From the NCBI GenBank assembly GCA_026195255.1, contig JAPHSS010000026.1, positions 15,403 to 79,402 on the forward strand: a stretch of 64,000 nucleotides of DNA. Direction: 5' to 3'. The DNA is from Gammaproteobacteria bacterium (GTDB lineage: Bacteria; Pseudomonadota; Gammaproteobacteria; SZUA-229). Shown here one piece after another: positions 60,264 to 64,000 of the stretch. The translations under genes and the position numbers were made by a program. How positions within the stretch are numbered: the first letter of the stretch is position 1; each line of letters starts with the position of its first letter. Under the pieces are notes generated by a model. It searched no databases. It was not told the DNA's origin and saw only the letters and a program-made list of their open reading frames with translations.

Positions 60264-61190
60264 ATGAAGATGAAATTACTAACAAAAGTTGCACTAGCAA
60301 TGTTAGTTGGCGTGGTTATTACTACTGCTCAAGCAGCTCAAACTTATTTACCTTTTGCGCTTGCATCAAATGATGCTGGAACAGTTGCAGATAAAATTGA
60401 AGCTACAAAAAAATCACTATCCGATAATGGTTTTGAAATTGCCGGTGAGTACTCGCCTTATAAAGGCGCTCATATAATTGTTGTTACAAATGCTGAGCTT
60501 AAAAAAGCAGCTGCTTCTAAACCACGTGGTGGTTATGTTGCTGCACAGCGTATTTCTTTAACTGAATTAGGCGGCAAGGTTCAGGTTTCTTATACAAACC
60601 CGGTTTATATGTCATATGCATACCGCGTTAATAATAAACTACCTCAAACATCAGCCGCTTTGAAAAAAGCACTGGGCCATATTCAGGATTTTGGTCCTGC
60701 TGAAGCAATGGATTCAGAAGATCTAAATGAATATCACTATACATTCGGTATGGAGTATTTTGATGAGCCTTTAGAGTTAAATTCAAAGGGTAGTCATGAC
60801 GCAATGGTTGCTGAAATTGAAAAGAACCTGAATGCCAAAAGAAATGGTGCTGCTCAAGTTTATAAAATTAACATCCCTGGAACTTCACAAACTTTATTCG
60901 GTGTAGCTATGAAAGCGCCAAACGAAGGTAAGAAGTATATGGATGATAGTTTTATTATGAGTGAAATCGACTTTAAACCATTACGCTCAACTGCTCACCT
61001 GCCTTATGAAATTCTGGTAAATGGTAAGCAGGCTGAAGCATTACATGCGCGTTTCCGTATTGCTATTAACTTTCCTGACCTGGCCATGATGGGTGACAAT
61101 AGCTTTATGAACATTATGGCAACACCTGATGCAATTCGTGATGTGTTATCAGCTGTAGCTGGTGGTGAAATAGAAGATGAAGACTTCTAA
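60264..61190 (+). CDS. hypothetical secreted protein (308 aa)
   Basis: GGAG RBS; signal peptide ending AQA; no recognisable domain. Confidence 0.45.
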   Translation: MKMKLLTKVALAMLVGVVITTAQAAQTYLPFALASNDAGTVADKIEATKKSLSDNGFEIAGEYSPYKGAHIIVVTNAELKKAAASKPRGGYVAAQRISLTELGGKVQVSYTNPVYMSYAYRVNNKLPQTSAALKKALGHIQDFGPAEAMDSEDLNEYHYTFGMEYFDEPLELNSKGSHDAMVAEIEKNLNAKRNGAAQVYKINIPGTSQTLFGVAMKAPNEGKKYMDDSFIMSEIDFKPLRSTAHLPYEILVNGKQAEALHARFRIAINFPDLAMMGDNSFMNIMATPDAIRDVLSAVAGGEIEDEDF

Positions 61191-61585
61191 TTAATTTAGT
61201 TGTTGATATCTATTAATGAGAGAGCCCGGTTTACCGGGCTTTCTCTATTTAGGCCAGTATGAATGATGAGTCAAAAGTAGCAAACAGCACTTTTAAGTGG
61301 CAGCAATTTACTAAAGTCTAAGAAAACCAGTGTCAAAAACACTAAGAGGGGTAATGAGTTCCTGAGCTGTGTTAATTGAGGGGTAAAATTGAAACTGGAA
61401 GCCCCGATACCCATAGATAAAGTGGCGTGACCTGAGTATTAATCTAGGTTAAACTACGCGGCTTGCATATTCTTAAGTACAGATAAAAGTATATGATTTA
61501 TAAGGTTTTTCAAGGTTATACTGTTAAATTCGGTAACCCTGGGAGGCCAATAATATAACAATTAATAATTTTGGAGACATTTAAG

Positions 61586-63283
61586 GTGGAATTGACCGGT
61601 GCTGAAATTGTTGTTCAAAGCCTTATAGAAGAGGGTGTTGAGCATCTGTTTGGTTACCCTGGTGGTGCTGTTTTGCATATTTATGATGCAATTCACCAGC
61701 AGGAACAACTACAGCATATACTCGTTCGTCATGAGCAAGCGGCAACGCATGCGGCGGATGGTTATGCCCGTAGTACAGGCAAACCCGGCGTCGTCCTGGT
61801 TACCTCCGGCCCCGGTGCTACCAATGCGGTAACCGGTATTGCGACAGCTTATATGGATTCGATTCCCATGGTTGTTCTGACAGGCCAGGTGCCTCGCCCC
61901 TTAATTGGTAATGATGCTTTTCAGGAAGTTGATTCTGTAGGTATTACTCGCCCTGTCGTTAAACATAACTTCCTTGTTGAAGATGTTAAAGATCTGGCGA
62001 CAATCATTAAAAAAGCATTTTATGTGGCAACTACCGGTCGCCCTGGTCCTGTTGTGGTGGATATACCAAAAGATATTACGGCGCATAAAACAGAATTTTC
62101 TTATCCACGCGATATCAAAATTCGCTCATATCATCCAACAACAAAAGGCCATTCAGGGCAGATTAAAAAGGCATATGAGTTAATTCTTGAAGCTAAGAAG
62201 CCCATGATATACACCGGTGGCGGAGTTATTTTAAGTAATGCCAGTGAAGAATTAATTAAGTTCACCAAATTACTGGGTGCGCCAATAACCAATACGCTAA
62301 TGGGCTTAGGGGCATACCCTGCAAATGATAAACAGTTTGTGGGTATGCTGGGTATGCACGGTACCTATGAAGCCAATATGGCGATGCATAACTCTGATGT
62401 GCTGATAGCAATCGGTGCACGATTTGATGACCGTGTAACCGGTAACCTTGAAAAGTTTTGCCCGGATGCGCGAATAGTACATGTGGATATTGACCCGGCG
62501 TCTATTTCAAAAAATGTAACTGTTGATGTGCCTATTGTAGGTGATGTTAAAGGCGTTGTTATTGAGCTTAATAAATTAATAGAAGCGTCTGATCAGCGAC
62601 TAGAGGCTGCCGCATTATCAACATGGTGGCAGCAAATAGAAGAATGGCGTGCTCAGGACTGTTTAAAATTCAATCGTGATACAGGCACAATCAAACCTCA
62701 GTTTGTTGTTGAGCAATTACATGCAGTAACTGAAGGTAATGCCTTTGTGACATCAGATGTGGGGCAGCACCAAATGTTTGCCGCACAATATTATGGTTTT
62801 AATAAACCCCGCCGCTGGATTAATTCTGGTGGCCTGGGCACTATGGGTTTTGGGTTGCCAGCAGCAATTGGTGTGCAAATTGCGCACCCGGGTGAGCAGG
62901 TTGCCTGCATAACAGGTGAAGGCAGTATACAAATGTGTATTCAGGAGTTATCAACCTGTTTGCAATACAGTACGCCTGTTAAAATCATCAACCTGAATAA
63001 CGGTTTTCTGGGTATGGTTCGCCAGTGGCAAGAATTCTTTTATGATCGTCGCTACGCGAGTTCTTATGTTGATGCATTGCCTGACTTTGTTGCGCTTGCT
63101 GAAGCATATGGCCACATTGGTATCCGAATTGAAAAACCGGAAGATGTGCGTCAGGCCATTGAAGATGCTTTTGGTAAATATAAAGATCGTACGGTATTTC
63201 TCGATTTCATTATAGATAAAGAAGAAAACGTATACCCCATGATTCCTGCAGGTGCAGGTTTAAATGAAATGATCCTGGTTTAA
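61586..63283 (+). CDS. ilvI: Acetolactate synthase large subunit
   Basis: Probable GTG start at 61586 (MELTGAEIVV) with GGAGA RBS; TPP-enzyme motifs; followed by ilvH and ilvC. Confidence 0.9.
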   Translation: MELTGAEIVVQSLIEEGVEHLFGYPGGAVLHIYDAIHQQEQLQHILVRHEQAATHAADGYARSTGKPGVVLVTSGPGATNAVTGIATAYMDSIPMVVLTGQVPRPLIGNDAFQEVDSVGITRPVVKHNFLVEDVKDLATIIKKAFYVATTGRPGPVVVDIPKDITAHKTEFSYPRDIKIRSYHPTTKGHSGQIKKAYELILEAKKPMIYTGGGVILSNASEELIKFTKLLGAPITNTLMGLGAYPANDKQFVGMLGMHGTYEANMAMHNSDVLIAIGARFDDRVTGNLEKFCPDARIVHVDIDPASISKNVTVDVPIVGDVKGVVIELNKLIEASDQRLEAAALSTWWQQIEEWRAQDCLKFNRDTGTIKPQFVVEQLHAVTEGNAFVTSDVGQHQMFAAQYYGFNKPRRWINSGGLGTMGFGLPAAIGVQIAHPGEQVACITGEGSIQMCIQELSTCLQYSTPVKIINLNNGFLGMVRQWQEFFYDRRYASSYVDALPDFVALAEAYGHIGIRIEKPEDVRQAIEDAFGKYKDRTVFLDFIIDKEENVYPMIPAGAGLNEMILV

Positions 63284-63295
63284 CTGGGCTAAGTT

Positions 63296-63790
63296 ATGAA
63301 TAAACATATAATATCTTTATTATTAGAAAATGAGTCCGGTGCATTATCACGTGTAGCCGGTTTGTTTTCAGCACGTGCTTACAATATTGAGTCATTATCT
63401 GTAGCGCCTACAGATGACGCTACTTTATCTCGAATGACAATTGTTACTTCAGGTACAGATCAAATTGTTGAGCAAATACAAAAACAGCTTAATAAGTTAG
63501 TTGATGTAGTAAAACTGGTTGATTTAACCGAATCAGAACATATTGCGCGAGAACTAATGTTAGCAAAAGTAGAAGCTATTGGTGATGCGCGTGATGAAGT
63601 CAAGCGTCTGGTCGATATCTTTAACGGCAAGGTCGTTGATGTAACAGATACGACATATACAGTAGAAATTACGGATACACGTGAAAAGCTAGATTCTTTT
63701 ATAACGTCATTATCCAGTATAAAAATTCACGAAGTGGTGCGCTCAGGCGCAATTGGCATTTCCAGTGGCGAAAATATACTCGCCGTTTAA
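63296..63790 (+). CDS. ilvH: Acetolactate synthase small (regulatory) subunit
   Basis: 164 aa, ACT domain LLENESGALSRV. Confidence 0.9.
   Translation: MNKHIISLLLENESGALSRVAGLFSARAYNIESLSVAPTDDATLSRMTIVTSGTDQIVEQIQKQLNKLVDVVKLVDLTESEHIARELMLAKVEAIGDARDEVKRLVDIFNGKVVDVTDTTYTVEITDTREKLDSFITSLSSIKIHEVVRSGAIGISSGENILAV

Positions 63791-64000
<210 letters not shown>

Overview
This 64-kb window comes from an AT-rich (~40% GC) gammaproteobacterium. Its gene content points to a chemolithotrophic sulfur oxidiser, Thiotrichales-like by inference: soxXYZA, a DsrE2-type sulfur-relay protein and a rhodanese.

The conserved housekeeping backbone runs as follows:
- leuS(3' end)-lptE-holA, then a PfkB-family kinase.
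- proA, then nadD-rsfS-rlmH.
- maf-rng-yhdP, then a carbon-nitrogen hydrolase.
- aspS.
- ruvCAB-ybgC-tolQRAB-pal-cpoB-queE-queC, then tRNA-Lys(UUU).
- ilvI-ilvH-ilvC(5' end).

An accessory segment of ~17.7 kb (24.7-42.4 kb) separates aspS from ruvC, which are neighbours in related genomes. It carries:
- nadA.
- An alpha/beta hydrolase.
- An atypical eight-gene chemosensory-like pathway, described below.
- A sulfation module of four genes: APS kinase cysC, a ChrA-family transporter, a PAPS-type sulfotransferase and an orphan PhnD-like binding protein.

The chemosensory pathway has a dual-receiver protein, a CheY, a CheW, a PilJ-like MCP and a hybrid CheA-CheW-REC kinase. The kinase carries three in-frame 171-bp tandem repeats. 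Two degenerate CheW-like minigenes and a NarL/LuxR-type response regulator follow it. No CheR or CheB is present.

Other notable content:
- A PilZ-domain gene sits next to an 841-aa acidic protein that has a duplicated RRAFGSGMxGYA motif.
- A periplasmic binding protein forms an operon with a GGDEF-EAL membrane sensor.
- A soxXYZA operon lies beside a BepA-like protease, the DsrE-like protein and the rhodanese.
- Two copies of a ~145-170 bp rod-like hairpin repeat (MITE/ERIC-like) occur, at 9.26 kb and 58.1 kb.
- Smaller repeats include a (GTCGTAA)6 heptamer array, a REP-like inverted hairpin pair, and several promoter-region direct repeats or palindromes.

No CRISPR array, IS element, integrase or prophage was seen.
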